46,619 bases of DNA from the NCBI GenBank assembly GCA_025656375.1, contig JAHXHU010000228.1, forward strand, positions 1-46,619, in the 5' to 3' direction. The translations under genes and the position numbers were made by a program. The notes under the pieces were generated by a model. That model was not told the DNA's origin. It searched no databases and was given only the letters and a program-made list of their open reading frames with translations. How positions within the stretch are numbered: position 1 is the first letter of the stretch; each line of letters opens with the position of its first letter. The DNA is from Candidatus Thiodiazotropha sp. (ex Ustalcina ferruginea) (GTDB taxonomy: Bacteria; Pseudomonadota; Gammaproteobacteria; Chromatiales; Chromatiaceae). Positions 22,224 through 31,975 of the stretch are shown one piece after another.

Positions 22224-22428
22224 TGCACGATACCATTAATGAATATCTTCAATAATCATGGTGTGGCCCTGCCGCACTCTACATGACTGGTTAGGGCGTT
22301 ACCATAAACAGCAATACTGGCTATTCCGGCGTTTGCAGGAATCCAGTGAGTCGTTGAATTCCCTGGATCCCAGCCTTAGCCAGGTTAACAGTTAGGATAC
22401 TAGAGTAAACTGTCTCTCTCGAATTGCG

Positions 22429-24351
22429 TCAATGTCCGACATACATCGCATCAAACCTCCCCTCATATTGTTGCAGGATTTTACTGCGACGTAGTTTAAG
22501 GGTTGGTGTCATCAGTCCGTTCTCTACGTTCCATGGTTCCGGGATGACAGCCATTCGGATGATCTTCGCATAACCGGGAAAGTTATCGAGATGGTTATTC
22601 ATGCGTCTCAGCAATTCCTGCTCCTGTTGCTCACTGAGGTTGGCGGGATCTAAACCCAGTGTCTGGGCATTCTCTGGATTTAGGACGACCATAGCGCATA
22701 AGTAGGGTTTACCCTCACCAACAATCAGTACCTGTTCAAAGAGGGCATCCATAGCGATACACATCTCCATGTCAGCTGGCGGTACCTTTTCACCATTGGC
22801 CATTACAATGATCTCTTTTAAACGTCCGGTTATAAAGATAAAGCCATCTTCGATCTTTGCCTTGTCTCCGGTATGGAACCAGCCCTCTTCATCGATAACA
22901 TCAGTGGTGGCATGGCGGTTGTTCCAGTAACCCATCATGACATTGGGAGCTCGACATAGCAGTTCATCGTACTCACTGATTTTGACTTCTATACCAGGAA
23001 AGGGGGTGCCGACACTGGCCGGAATATTCTTTTCATGGGTATTGGCGGATATGATCGGGCTGGTCTCAGTTAGGCCAAAGCCTTGCAGAATTGGAACCCC
23101 TAGACCAATAAAGACCTTGGCTATATCCGGAGAGAGTGGCGCGCCACCTGAGACAGCAATACGTAGCCGTCCACCCAGTTTGTCCTGAATCTTACTGGCA
23201 ACAATTTTTTCCAGCAGGGGCCATAGAATAAATTTAGGTGACCAGGGGACACGTCGATGTTGATACTCAAAATGTTGCCAGCCGGTCTCTACAGCCAGAT
23301 TGAAAATGGTGCGGGCGATGGCGGAGTCACTCTCCAGTTTTTCCTGTATCTTGGAAAATACCCGTTCAAAGATACGGGGTACGGAGACTAGAATGGTAGG
23401 CTTGATAATCTGAAGATCTTCACCTAGCTGCGGGATTGAGCGTGCATAGGCGGTGGTGGCCCCGGAAACCATCGCCAGGTAGTAACCAACCGTTCGCTCC
23501 AGAGTATGCGACAAGGGCAGGAAGGAGAGAAACGTGTCTGTAGGGTAGATGTGGATGACTTCGACACCACTATCTAAGTCCCACAGTATGTTTCGGTGAC
23601 TCAACATGACACCTTTCGAGCGGCCTGTAGTGCCAGAGGTATAGACGATAGTGGCCAGGCTCTCACTTGGAATATCCAGTACTTGTAAAGCATGGCTGCT
23701 TTGATCAGGCAGCCAGTCTTCGAGGGTTACCAAGCGGGGCTGAAGTCCCATAGGATCGACCCGTTGCATGGTGACGATACGGTTCAGACCGGCAAGCTGG
23801 TTACGGATCTGCTGGAGCTCCTGCCACTGTTCATCATTTTCAAGGAGTAACAGACGCACCCCGGCATCCTGCATGATGTAACCAATGTTCTCTGGGCGAT
23901 CATTGGTGTAGAGGGGGACTGTGACCAGGCCCAATCCTTGTGCTGCCAGGTCGAATATGACCCATTCACGGCAATTCCGCAGTATTAAAGCTACCCGGTC
24001 CCCTGGTCGAAGGTCTTCATTGCGGAATGCGGCTTGCCAGCGTGACACCAGTTGCTCCATTTCCAACCAACTGGTTTTCTCCCAAGTGTCATTCTCTTCC
24101 TGGTACTGGATGTACGCGATTGCATCAGGTGTACGTTTAACGCGTTCCTGGAAGACGCCCGCAATCGTGTCGGCATGCTTTAGACGTATCAAATCTGTAT
24201 TCGGTTTGTTCATGCTGTTTTCATTGTTTTCATTTTCTGGATTATCGGTGGTTTCGACTGGCTCATTTTGGTGAGCGCCATTAAAGAGTAACATTACACA
24301 CCCCCCTAACTTAGCCCCTCCTGTATCGGGATGGAACTGTTTGACGTTCAT
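22429..24351 (-). CDS. AMP-dependent long-chain fatty-acid--CoA ligase
   Basis: YTSGTTGRSKG, GFGLTETSP, WFHTGD, ITGRLKE and TPTLKLRR. Start is 24351 (overlapping the fadE stop) or 24213. Confidence 0.9.
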   Translation of the reverse strand: MNVKQFHPDTGGAKLGGCVMLLFNGAHQNEPVETTDNPENENNENSMNKPNTDLIRLKHADTIAGVFQERVKRTPDAIAYIQYQEENDTWEKTSWLEMEQLVSRWQAAFRNEDLRPGDRVALILRNCREWVIFDLAAQGLGLVTVPLYTNDRPENIGYIMQDAGVRLLLLENDEQWQELQQIRNQLAGLNRIVTMQRVDPMGLQPRLVTLEDWLPDQSSHALQVLDIPSESLATIVYTSGTTGRSKGVMLSHRNILWDLDSGVEVIHIYPTDTFLSFLPLSHTLERTVGYYLAMVSGATTAYARSIPQLGEDLQIIKPTILVSVPRIFERVFSKIQEKLESDSAIARTIFNLAVETGWQHFEYQHRRVPWSPKFILWPLLEKIVASKIQDKLGGRLRIAVSGGAPLSPDIAKVFIGLGVPILQGFGLTETSPIISANTHEKNIPASVGTPFPGIEVKISEYDELLCRAPNVMMGYWNNRHATTDVIDEEGWFHTGDKAKIEDGFIFITGRLKEIIVMANGEKVPPADMEMCIAMDALFEQVLIVGEGKPYLCAMVVLNPENAQTLGLDPANLSEQQEQELLRRMNNHLDNFPGYAKIIRMAVIPEPWNVENGLMTPTLKLRRSKILQQYEGRFDAMYVGH

Positions 24352-26834
24352 GCAGGACCCAGCTTGTTGAGTTCGGAGACCCTTACAGTCTCTCTCTGTT
24401 TACCAGCTGTAGCATTGCTCAATCTATCAAAGGCATTGACCTGGATAACCTGATTACGTAAACGTTCGGCCTCATCCAGAGCTACTCTGTCACTATCACT
24501 CAAGATGCCGAGTGTAACTGCCTCCTTGATCAAGTTCCGCAATACCCCGTGATTTGAGTTGGCCGGCTCGTTTGGCACGACGTAGTGTTTTTTCATGGGG
24601 AGCAGCGGCCGTGACAGCAAATAGGGCCTGTTCCAGCTGACCAACACGCTGCTTTTGATCCTCTGTCGTGTAAGATGCCCTGGGTAAAGTCGCTCTCGAA
24701 CCTCATTGGGACTCAACAGGAGACGTGCAACCTGATGATCGAGATGGTCTGTGGGCTTGTGGAAAGGGAGTCCGGTCGGAAAAATCACTACCCGCAGTAA
24801 CCAGGCTAGAGGGCGAAACGGCATATTGCGTAACAAGCCGCGTAAAGCATGTTGGATACGATAGAGTGAATCGTCCAGAGCCCATTGCATCAATGGAAGA
24901 TCATCCTTCCGCTCGCCCTCTTCGATGTAGTGTTTGAGGCTGGCGCTGGCGATATAGAGGTTACTCAGTATGTCCCCCAGCCTGGCCGATAGACGCTCTT
25001 TTCGTTTGAGTGAGCCACCCAGGGTCATAAGGGCAATATCGGCGGTCAGGGCAAACCCTGCAGACATCCAGTTGAGACGCTGAAAATAGCGACTTAAAGG
25101 TCCACGCTTTGGGCTTTCAGAGAGCCGGCCATGAGTAATACCCAGCCAGCATGTACGCGCAAAATTCGTCACCACGAAGCCGATGTGATTAAACAGGGCT
25201 TCATCGAACTGAACCAGTGAGGCTTGCGGATCCGGGTTCTCTGCGGCCTCGAACTCTTTCAGAACATAGGGATGGGACCGAATCGCTCCCTGACCGAAGA
25301 TGATCATACTCCGGGTCAGGATATTTGCACCTTCAACCGTGATGGCGATGGGAATGGCCTGGTAAGCTCTGCCAATCAGGTTATCAGGCCCAAGACAGAT
25401 ACCACTACCACCCTGAACATCCATGGCGTCATTGATAGAAAGGCGGTAACGTTCGGTGAGGTGGTACTTGATGATGGCGGAGATAACCGATGGCGATTCA
25501 CCGCTGTCGAGGGCGCTGAGGGTCAGTTTTCGTGCAGCATCCATCTGATAGGTCAGGCCGCCAATTCTTGCAAGGGCCTCTTCTACACCTTCGAAGTGCC
25601 CGATGGGCTGGCCGAATTGGCTGCGAACCGCGGCATAGGCACCCGTATAACGGCTAGCCTGCTTTCCTGCTCCCGTAGAGAGTGCTGGCAATGAGATACC
25701 TCGCCCCTCAGTGAGGGACTCGACTAGCATTTGCCAACCTTTACCCACGCCCTCGAGGCCTCCCATCACCCACTCGATCGGGATAAAGACATCTCTTCCT
25801 GTGATCGGGCCGTTTTGAAATGGGATATCGAGTGGCATGTGTCGATCCCCGATCTCTATACCAGGGGTAACACGGGGAATGAGGGCGACAGTGATTCCAG
25901 GCTGAGGGTCCTCGCCCAGTAGGCCCTGGGGGTCTTCCAGCTTGAAGGCCAGACCGATCAGGGTCGCCACCGGAGCCAGGGTGATATAGCGTTTCTCCCA
26001 GTTGAGCCGGATACCCAGCACCTGTTTTCCCTGATGTTGGCCATGAGTGACGACACCTAGATCCGGCATAGCACCGGCGTCACTACCAGCCTGTGGGCTG
26101 GTGAGGGCAAAGCAGGGGACCTCTTCCCCGCTCGCCAGTTTTTTAAGGTATTGCTCTTTTTGTGCCTCAGTGCCGTAATGAAGCAGCAGTTTTGCCGGCC
26201 CAAGAGAGTTGGGTACCATCACCGTGACAGCGGCAGTGATACTCCGACTGGCGATCTTCATCACCACCTGTGAGTGAGCGTAAGCGGAAAAACCGAGCCC
26301 CCCATAGGATTCCGGAATAATCATGCCAAACAATCCGGACTGTTTGATGAAGTCCCAGATATCAGCTGGAAGATCCTTTTGTTGATGGGTGATATGCCAA
26401 TCATCAAGCCTTTCGCAGAGGTGCTGTACCGGACCATCAAGGAATGCCTGCTCGCGTTCTGTCAAGTGGCATTGCGGTTGACGCAGCAGTTGTCTCCAGT
26501 TGGGCTGCCCGGAAAAGAGTTCACCGTCCCACCAGACGTTTCCCGCATTCAGTGCCTCTTTCTCTGTTGTCGACATCGATGGCATCACTTTCTGAAAAGC
26601 GTTTAACAAGGGTTGTGTGATCCATTGCCGACGCTGTTCAGGCATCAGGTAGAAGAAGAGAGTAATGGCAAAAAGCCCCCACAATGGGATGGTCCAGGCT
26701 GGGGTTAGAAGGTTAGCCAGTTGCAAACTGATGAGTAATACCGGTGGCAACACTATCCAAACGATGGCCCGTGCAGATCCATAAGCCAGTCCCCACAAGG
26801 TCACCATGAGCAACAAGAGTCCAAGTAGCGTCAT
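24348..26834 (-). CDS. fadE: Acyl-CoA dehydrogenase FadE; about 50 codons near the C-terminus read in wrong frames
   Basis: N-terminal TM, MVPNSLGP, CFALTSPQAGSDAG, KRYITLAP, GRGISLP and ITVEGANILTR. Confidence 0.93.
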   Translation of the reverse strand: MTLLGLLLLMVTLWGLAYGSARAIVWIVLPPVLLISLQLANLLTPAWTIPLWGLFAITLFFYLMPEQRRQWITQPLLNAFQKVMPSMSTTEKEALNAGNVWWDGELFSGQPNWRQLLRQPQCHLTEREQAFLDGPVQHLCERLDDWHITHQQKDLPADIWDFIKQSGLFGMIIPESYGGLGFSAYAHSQVVMKIASRSITAAVTVMVPNSLGPAKLLLHYGTEAQKEQYLKKLASGEEVPCFALTSPQAGSDAGAMPDLGVVTHGQHQGKQVLGIRLNWEKRYITLAPVATLIGLAFKLEDPQGLLGEDPQPGITVALIPRVTPGIEIGDRHMPLDIPFQNGPITGRDVFIPIEWVMGGLEGVGKGWQMLVESLTEGRGISLPALSTGAGKQASRYTGAYAAVRSQFGQPIGHFEGVEEALARIGGLTYQMDAARKLTLSALDSGESPSVISAIIKYHLTERYRLSINDAMDVQGGSGICLGPDNLIGRAYQAIPIAITVEGANILTRSMIIFGQGAIRSHPYVLKEFEAAENPDPQASLVQFDEALFNHIGFVVTNFARTCWLGITHGRLSESPKRGPLSRYFQRLNWMSAGFALTADIALMTLGGSLKRKERLSARLGDILSNLYIASASLKHYIEEGERKDDLPLMQWALDDSLYRIQHALRGLLRNMPFRPLAWLLRVVIFPTGLPFHKPTDHLDHQVARLLLSPNEVRERLYPGHLTRQRIKSSVLVSWNRPYLLSRPLLPMKKHYVVPNEPANSNHGVLRNLIKEAVTLGILSDSDRVALDEAERLRNQVIQVNAFDRLSNATAGKQRETVRVSELNKLGPA

Positions 26835-27793
26835 TGGTCTGCCTCCCGCAGGGTGTTTTGTACCGGTTGTTGGGTCTTCTCATCCTGATCATCAGGTTGT
26901 TGTGCTTTTTCCTTTTTCGGTTTCATGCCGAACAGCGTCCGGTCATCGAGGCAGGGTATGACGTCACCTTTTGTTGCAGCAACGAAAGCCCGTTCGTCAT
27001 CATTGTAGAGGATGGTCTCGTCACACCAGGGTAGTCGACGGTAGACACCCAGATCATCCAGTCCCAGGAAGGGATACTTGATGATGTCGAAATAGGGTGA
27101 GTAGTCGAAATCCTTTGGTGTGAAGAGGCGTGGATTGCGTTTAAAGAAGCGCAGACTGCCGTCTTCATCACGATCGATGAATGGCAATATGGGAAAGTTG
27201 ACACTATTGAATGCGGATGCCAATAGTGAGGAGCAGACTGCTCGTGTCGGTGACCCGGCATTGTGTTCAAACAGACTCGAGCGCCAACGCCTGGGGAGTA
27301 TGGTCCAGGGAAAGAAGAACCGGGCGAGATCAAGCAGGTGGCGTAGATCATAGTCAAACCCGATATGTTGAATGGCATGCGCCACCACCTTGTGGGCATC
27401 GACGGGCTCCAGGCCGGTGGGTCGGCAGATACGCAGATGGTCCTTACGGTATTTGGAGACTGGAGCGATGATGGTACCTTCACCCAGCAAAGCTTCAACC
27501 ATCAATTGTTCACCGAGATCGCCCTGATAGGCCAGGCGCACCCGTTGTTGAAGTTGTGGGTCGCGAATATCGTAAATACGCCCAATAAAGAGTGCTGAAT
27601 GAGTCCAGGTACTTTGAGTAATGGTCTTGATGACATCACTGACCCGGCTACGGCCCTCCACCAACAGGACATCGCCCGGCCGGAGTTCGTAGCTAAGTCG
27701 ATTGAAATCACACAGAGGAGAGGTAGAGGGCGGACCCTCTTTGGTCAACCAATTGGTGATCCACTGCATGATTTTCCGGCCGATCCTACGCAT
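26831..27793 (-). CDS. Permuted papain-like NlpC/P60 (YiiX/YebB-like) cysteine hydrolase
   Basis: LRPGDVLL, WTHSALF (His), YDL and VCSSLL (Cys), in permuted His-then-Cys order. Start uncertain (27862, 27793 or 27769). Confidence 0.8.
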   Translation of the reverse strand: MRRIGRKIMQWITNWLTKEGPPSTSPLCDFNRLSYELRPGDVLLVEGRSRVSDVIKTITQSTWTHSALFIGRIYDIRDPQLQQRVRLAYQGDLGEQLMVEALLGEGTIIAPVSKYRKDHLRICRPTGLEPVDAHKVVAHAIQHIGFDYDLRHLLDLARFFFPWTILPRRWRSSLFEHNAGSPTRAVCSSLLASAFNSVNFPILPFIDRDEDGSLRFFKRNPRLFTPKDFDYSPYFDIIKYPFLGLDDLGVYRRLPWCDETILYNDDERAFVAATKGDVIPCLDDRTLFGMKPKKEKAQQPDDQDEKTQQPVQNTLREADQ

Positions 27794-28115
27794 CCGTATA
27801 ACCCAGTAAAATAGTGTGTATTCTAGCCAGTATAGACCGTATTTATAGTGGGTGAGTTTCAAATAGCGTAGTGGTATAGCTTGGAGTGGGGTGTTTTGAG
27901 ACAGCAGGATGTTGCAATTAAAGCAAATAGCCGTAGTGGGAGAACTGTAGGCTGGAAGTTATATGGAAGTACAATAAAAGCTTATATGAATCAATATATT
28001 TATTATATTATCAATGATATATGTGGATTAAACGATGTTATTTATTGTATTATCCATTTCAAAGATAAAAATCTTATCAGCTAAGAATCAGAAGAGATGG
28101 GCCGAGTCTGATGGA

Positions 28116-29226
28116 TTAGTCCGGAAGTGACATTTTGCGATTCCGGATCCCACCACTCCACCAGATGCGACAGGCACCTTCATCCGAAACCATGCAGGGA
28201 CCGATAGGTGATCTCGGGGTGCATGCTTCACCATAGAGTCGGCACTGATTTGGGTATTTTCGACCGAGAACCACCTCTGAGCAGTCACACCCTGGAGGCA
28301 TCATGCCGGCCCGCATGCGTTCGGGGACGTCATAGTCCGGAAATCGTTTTCGTGCATCCGAATGGACATAGTCCCTATTTAAGGCGTATCCCGAATTGGG
28401 GATGATGCCAATTCCACGCCAGTTGGCATCGACTACATTCAATGCTTGATTCAGATGTGCTCTGGCACTGGGATTTCCACCTGGCCTGACCAGTTCCGGG
28501 TAACAGTTATCAAGGAATAGTCGATTATCCAGATATTGTCTGATGACAGAGTAGGTGGCGGCCAACAGGCTCTCTGTCGTGAAACCAGCCACTGCTGCCG
28601 GGATATGGTGTTGCTCTACAATAAACGACCACTCTTCAGGCCCCATCACAGTTGCGACATGACCAGGGGCAACCAGGGCGTTGAATCCCGGTGCCTCGCC
28701 ACTCAACAATAGTGAGACTGCCGGCCAAGTCAAACGACCTGATAGCAGGATAGAGAGGTTCTCAGGAATGCCCTCAACAAGTAATGATGCAACGGGTGCT
28801 ATGGTTGTTTCGAATCCGGCCGCAAAAAAAACCACTTCTCTATGCGGCGATGCCTGAGCAATCTGTAGTGCTTCGAGCGGTGAGGCGATTGGCAGGATAT
28901 CCGCTCCAGCAGCATGGGCCTGATGGAGTGACCGGGGGCTCCCCTTTGGCAACATTCACAGGTACCCGCAGCATGTCACCAAATGCCACCAGTGTGATCG
29001 GCTCATGTAAGGCTAGTTGTATTGCCTGGTAAACATCCTCTTCAGGACAGACACAAACCGGGCAGCCGGGACCGGGGATGAGTTCAATCTGAGCTGGCAA
29101 GGCACCGCGCAGACCGGCCTGGGTGATGGAGCGCTCATGCCCACCACAGACGTTCATTACTTTTACTGGCCTGTCCAGTTGCAACCCATGTAACTCTTGC
29201 AGCCATGTTTTCGCGCTGATTGACAT
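28116..29226 (-). pseudogene. hypD: Hydrogenase maturation protein HypD, split by a +1 frameshift in a G5 run (28934-28938)
   Basis: 5' ORF has CGGHE, GPGCPVC and FGDMLRVP; 3' ORF has GFETT, PGHV and PIGPCMVSDEGAC. Removing one G joins them (KGEPRSLHQA). Confidence 0.9.
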
Positions 29227-29305
29227 TATTAACCCGGTACCTTAGTAAACCCGGCAAACGAATATATTACGATACCAGCGACATGTTTATGGGAAGACAC
29301 CAGGA

Positions 29306-30130
29306 TTATCGTGTGTCATGAGCATGCATATGAATCCCTTCAGTTTGCAATTTTGGGTTAGTAGTTTCGCCTTTGGCACGTCTTTCTGCCTGTTTTTGAA
29401 CCTGTTCATCAAGCCAGGTTAACCAAGTTTCAAAACCTTCACCGTTTTTTGCCGAAATCAGCGTGACAGGCGCTTCCACAGCAAGGTGACGTACTGCCTG
29501 CTCAGCCTTTTCCGTATTGAAATCATCCAACACCGCCAGTAGATCCGATTTAGTGATCAGCACATGATCTGCTGCACGGAAGATGACAGGGTATTTTGCA
29601 GGTTTGTCATCACCTTCTGTGACAGACAGGAGAGTGATATTGAGATGCTGGCCCAGGTCGAAGCTGGCGGGACAGACCAGATTGCCGACATTCTCGATAA
29701 ACAAGATATCCAATTCATCCAGATTCATCTGATGCAATGCATGATGAATCAGGTGGGCATCAAGATGGCAAGCTGTACCGGTAGTGATCTGTACCGCCTC
29801 TACCCCTTTTTGACGTATGCGTTGTGCATCATTTTCTGTTTCTAGATCACCTTCAATGACACCCATTCGGTAACGCTTCTTAATCGTGTCTAAGGTTGTT
29901 TCGAGTAACCGGGTTTTACCACTTCCGGGAGAGGACATCAGATTGATAGCAAGCAGTTGATGACGGTCGAAGTGCTCGCGATTATGAGCAGCCTGATGAT
30001 CGTTTGCACTAAGCAGGCTTTGCAGGACTTCCACGGCCACACTGCCATCATCTGTATGAGCGTGCTTCCCACCCTCTTCAATCAGATGCCGGTTTCCATC
30101 GGTGATATTACAACCGCATGTATCACACAT
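29306..30130 (-). CDS. hypB: Hydrogenase nickel-incorporation GTPase
   Basis: MCDTCGC, SSPGSGKT, CHLDAH, ENVGNLVCP and EGDDKP.KYP. Confidence 0.96.
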   Translation of the reverse strand: MCDTCGCNITDGNRHLIEEGGKHAHTDDGSVAVEVLQSLLSANDHQAAHNREHFDRHQLLAINLMSSPGSGKTRLLETTLDTIKKRYRMGVIEGDLETENDAQRIRQKGVEAVQITTGTACHLDAHLIHHALHQMNLDELDILFIENVGNLVCPASFDLGQHLNITLLSVTEGDDKPAKYPVIFRAADHVLITKSDLLAVLDDFNTEKAEQAVRHLAVEAPVTLISAKNGEGFETWLTWLDEQVQKQAERRAKGETTNPKLQTEGIHMHAHDTR

Positions 30131-30165
30131 GTAAGATTACTCCTTCTGTCAAGCTAGTGTAGTTG

Positions 30166-30540
30166 TTAATCTTTACCCGTTCCTTCTTCCTCAGGTTCAC
30201 GTGTCAGCTCAACACGGGCAAGCAGGAGTTCGTCTCCACTGATGAGCTGTGTTCGAAAGTCGCCGCATTCACAACAGATAAGCCTATTCGTCTCTGCATC
30301 ACATTCGGCTCCGCATTGCTGACAGCGAACACGGATCGATTGCAGCTCCGTCTCTAATTCGGCATTAGCTGCCACGCTACCTGCACGGGCAATGGTGAAT
30401 GCTTGTTGAAGCAACTCAGGCACCACACCAGAGAGAGGACCGATGCGTATTAAGATGCGGGTCACTTGCGAAGCATGCTCTCGTTGTGCAATCTCCTCGA
30501 CTTGTGTCAGCATGGCCTGACAGATCGAGAGTTCATGCAT
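30166..30540 (-). CDS. hypA: Hydrogenase nickel metallochaperone
   Basis: MHELS, two CxxC motifs and G.EL. Confidence 0.96.
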   Translation of the reverse strand: MHELSICQAMLTQVEEIAQREHASQVTRILIRIGPLSGVVPELLQQAFTIARAGSVAANAELETELQSIRVRCQQCGAECDAETNRLICCECGDFRTQLISGDELLLARVELTREPEEEGTGKD

Positions 30541-30775
30541 CGGGCGGGGTATCCATCTTCGCTAACATTTCGTCATAGATCTCCCAGGCTGAGCGTGCCT
30601 CCTGGGGGGTGACCTTCTGAATCGCATAACCGACATGAACGACGATAAAATCGTCAGGCTTTAACGCTTCATGCTGCAGCATGAAGAGACTCACTTCCCG
30701 CTGAATGCTTTTTGCTTCACAGTGAGCAGTAAAGCCGTTAATTTTTTTAATCTGCATGGGTATGCCCAGACACAT
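30533..30775 (-). CDS. hypC: HypC/HybG/HupF family chaperone
   Basis: MCLGIP and VVHVGYAI. Confidence 0.95.
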   Translation of the reverse strand: MCLGIPMQIKKINGFTAHCEAKSIQREVSLFMLQHEALKPDDFIVVHVGYAIQKVTPQEARSAWEIYDEMLAKMDTPPDA

Positions 30776-30806
30776 GGTATAACCTTTATCCTTAGCTTAT
30801 AGGGTT

Positions 30807-30873
30807 CAAAGGAGAGGGGTTTGACTCTTCCCTTTGGTCAGTACCCCGAAAACGTGTTTTTCGGGTACTGACC
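30807..30873. repeat. Two back-to-back inverted repeats in the divergent hypC/protease spacer
   Basis: CAAAGGAGAGGGGT-TTG-ACTCTTCCCTTTG and GGTCAGTACCCCGAAAA-CGTGT-TTTTCGGGTACTGACC. Confidence 0.75.
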
Positions 30874-30905
30874 TGAATAGTTTCATTCTCGCAAGGAGTA
30901 CGCTT

Positions 30906-31388
30906 TTGTCAATCGAATCTGTGTTAATCCTGGGTATTGGTAATACCCTGTTAAGCGACGAGGGTATAGGTGTTCAGCTGGTTAATCGTATGCAGCAGCA
31001 GGTCGGCAAGATTGCGGGCGTTGAGTATCTGGATGGGGGAACGCTCAGTTTTACTCTTGCTGAACCGATCGCCAGAGCTGACGGATTGATTGTAGCGGAT
31101 GCAGCACGTATGGGAGAGAAACCAGGCACATTGCAGGTCTTCCACAATCAGCAGATGGATAGTTACCTGAAAGGCAACCGTGCCAGTGTCCATGATGTGA
31201 GCCTGGGCGACTTGATTGATATTGCTCGCCTATCCGACACCCTGCCGGATCAATGCTGCCTGGTAGGTATAGAACCGGAGAATTTGGATTGGGGCGAAAC
31301 ATTGAGTGAAGCCGTTGAACCAGCAATAGAGGCAGGGATATCTGAAATTGTCTCAATACTGAAAACATGGGGTGTCTTGTCTGACTGA
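30906..31388 (+). CDS. Hydrogenase maturation endopeptidase (HyaD/HybD/HynD family)
   Basis: LGIGNTLLSDEGIG, LDGGT, VADAA and SVHDV. TTG 30906 follows AAGGAG (30893-30898). Confidence 0.92.
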   Translation: MSIESVLILGIGNTLLSDEGIGVQLVNRMQQQVGKIAGVEYLDGGTLSFTLAEPIARADGLIVADAARMGEKPGTLQVFHNQQMDSYLKGNRASVHDVSLGDLIDIARLSDTLPDQCCLVGIEPENLDWGETLSEAVEPAIEAGISEIVSILKTWGVLSD

Positions 31389-31445
31389 AGCAATTAACAT
31401 TTTGGTGAACAAAAAGTATTAGAAACAGAATTTCAAACCCTAATT

Positions 31446-31487
31446 ATGATCCAGATCAGCACCACTATCAGTATTTAGTGATATTCT
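31446..31487 (+). promoter_or_regulatory. Putative FNR-type class II promoter upstream of hupH-hynS
   Basis: ATGAT-CCAG-ATCAG (8/10 to TTGAT-N4-ATCAA) plus extended -10 TG-A-TATTCT. The spacing centres the box at -41.5. Confidence 0.6.
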
Positions 31488-31518
31488 TTTTTATAAGCCC
31501 TAATAATCAGTGTTCGTG

Positions 31519-31953
31519 ATGCAAAAGCTGCGAGACATCGTTGTACGGGTCGAGGAGAGGGATGATCCTGACCCAGTCATCAATCATTCTAATGCACTGC
31601 CTATTATGCATGAGGTATTGCATGCGCTAAAGCGTCTCCACGAGAAGGGAGAAACAACCTCGATCGATCTGCGATCCATCCCATTCGGTCCTGGAGATGA
31701 GGAAGCGCTGTTACGACAGCTCGGCTGTGGTGAGGTCAGCATTGAACTTCAGTCCTTGGGAAAGAGCACTATCTGCGAGACTCTCTATCCCGGTGTCTGG
31801 TTGATTGATCATTACAATGCTGAAGGTGAACGCATTGCCTTGAACATCGAGATCAATCGGGTGCCCGAGATCGTCCAGTCTCAACCTGAGGATATCTCAG
31901 ATGCAATCATCAGGCTTAACGGACAACTAAACCCAGAGAATTTCGCGTGTTAA
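31519..31953 (+). CDS. hupH: HupH-family hydrogenase expression protein
   Basis: IDLRSIPF, LGCGEVSI, ETLYPGVW and IEINRVPEI. Start is ATG 31519 or GTG 31510. Confidence 0.8.
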   Translation: MQKLRDIVVRVEERDDPDPVINHSNALPIMHEVLHALKRLHEKGETTSIDLRSIPFGPGDEEALLRQLGCGEVSIELQSLGKSTICETLYPGVWLIDHYNAEGERIALNIEINRVPEIVQSQPEDISDAIIRLNGQLNPENFAC

Positions 31954-31975
31954 GTCCTTTGCGGGAGGAGTAGTG

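Noticed and set aside
26923-27498. 191-aa alternate-frame ORF in the NlpC/P60 gene
   Set aside because: Ser/Pro-rich off-frame composition with no domain signal.
28930-28945. Programmed frameshift in hypD
   Set aside because: No slippery heptamer and no precedent known to me; a homopolymer indel is simpler.
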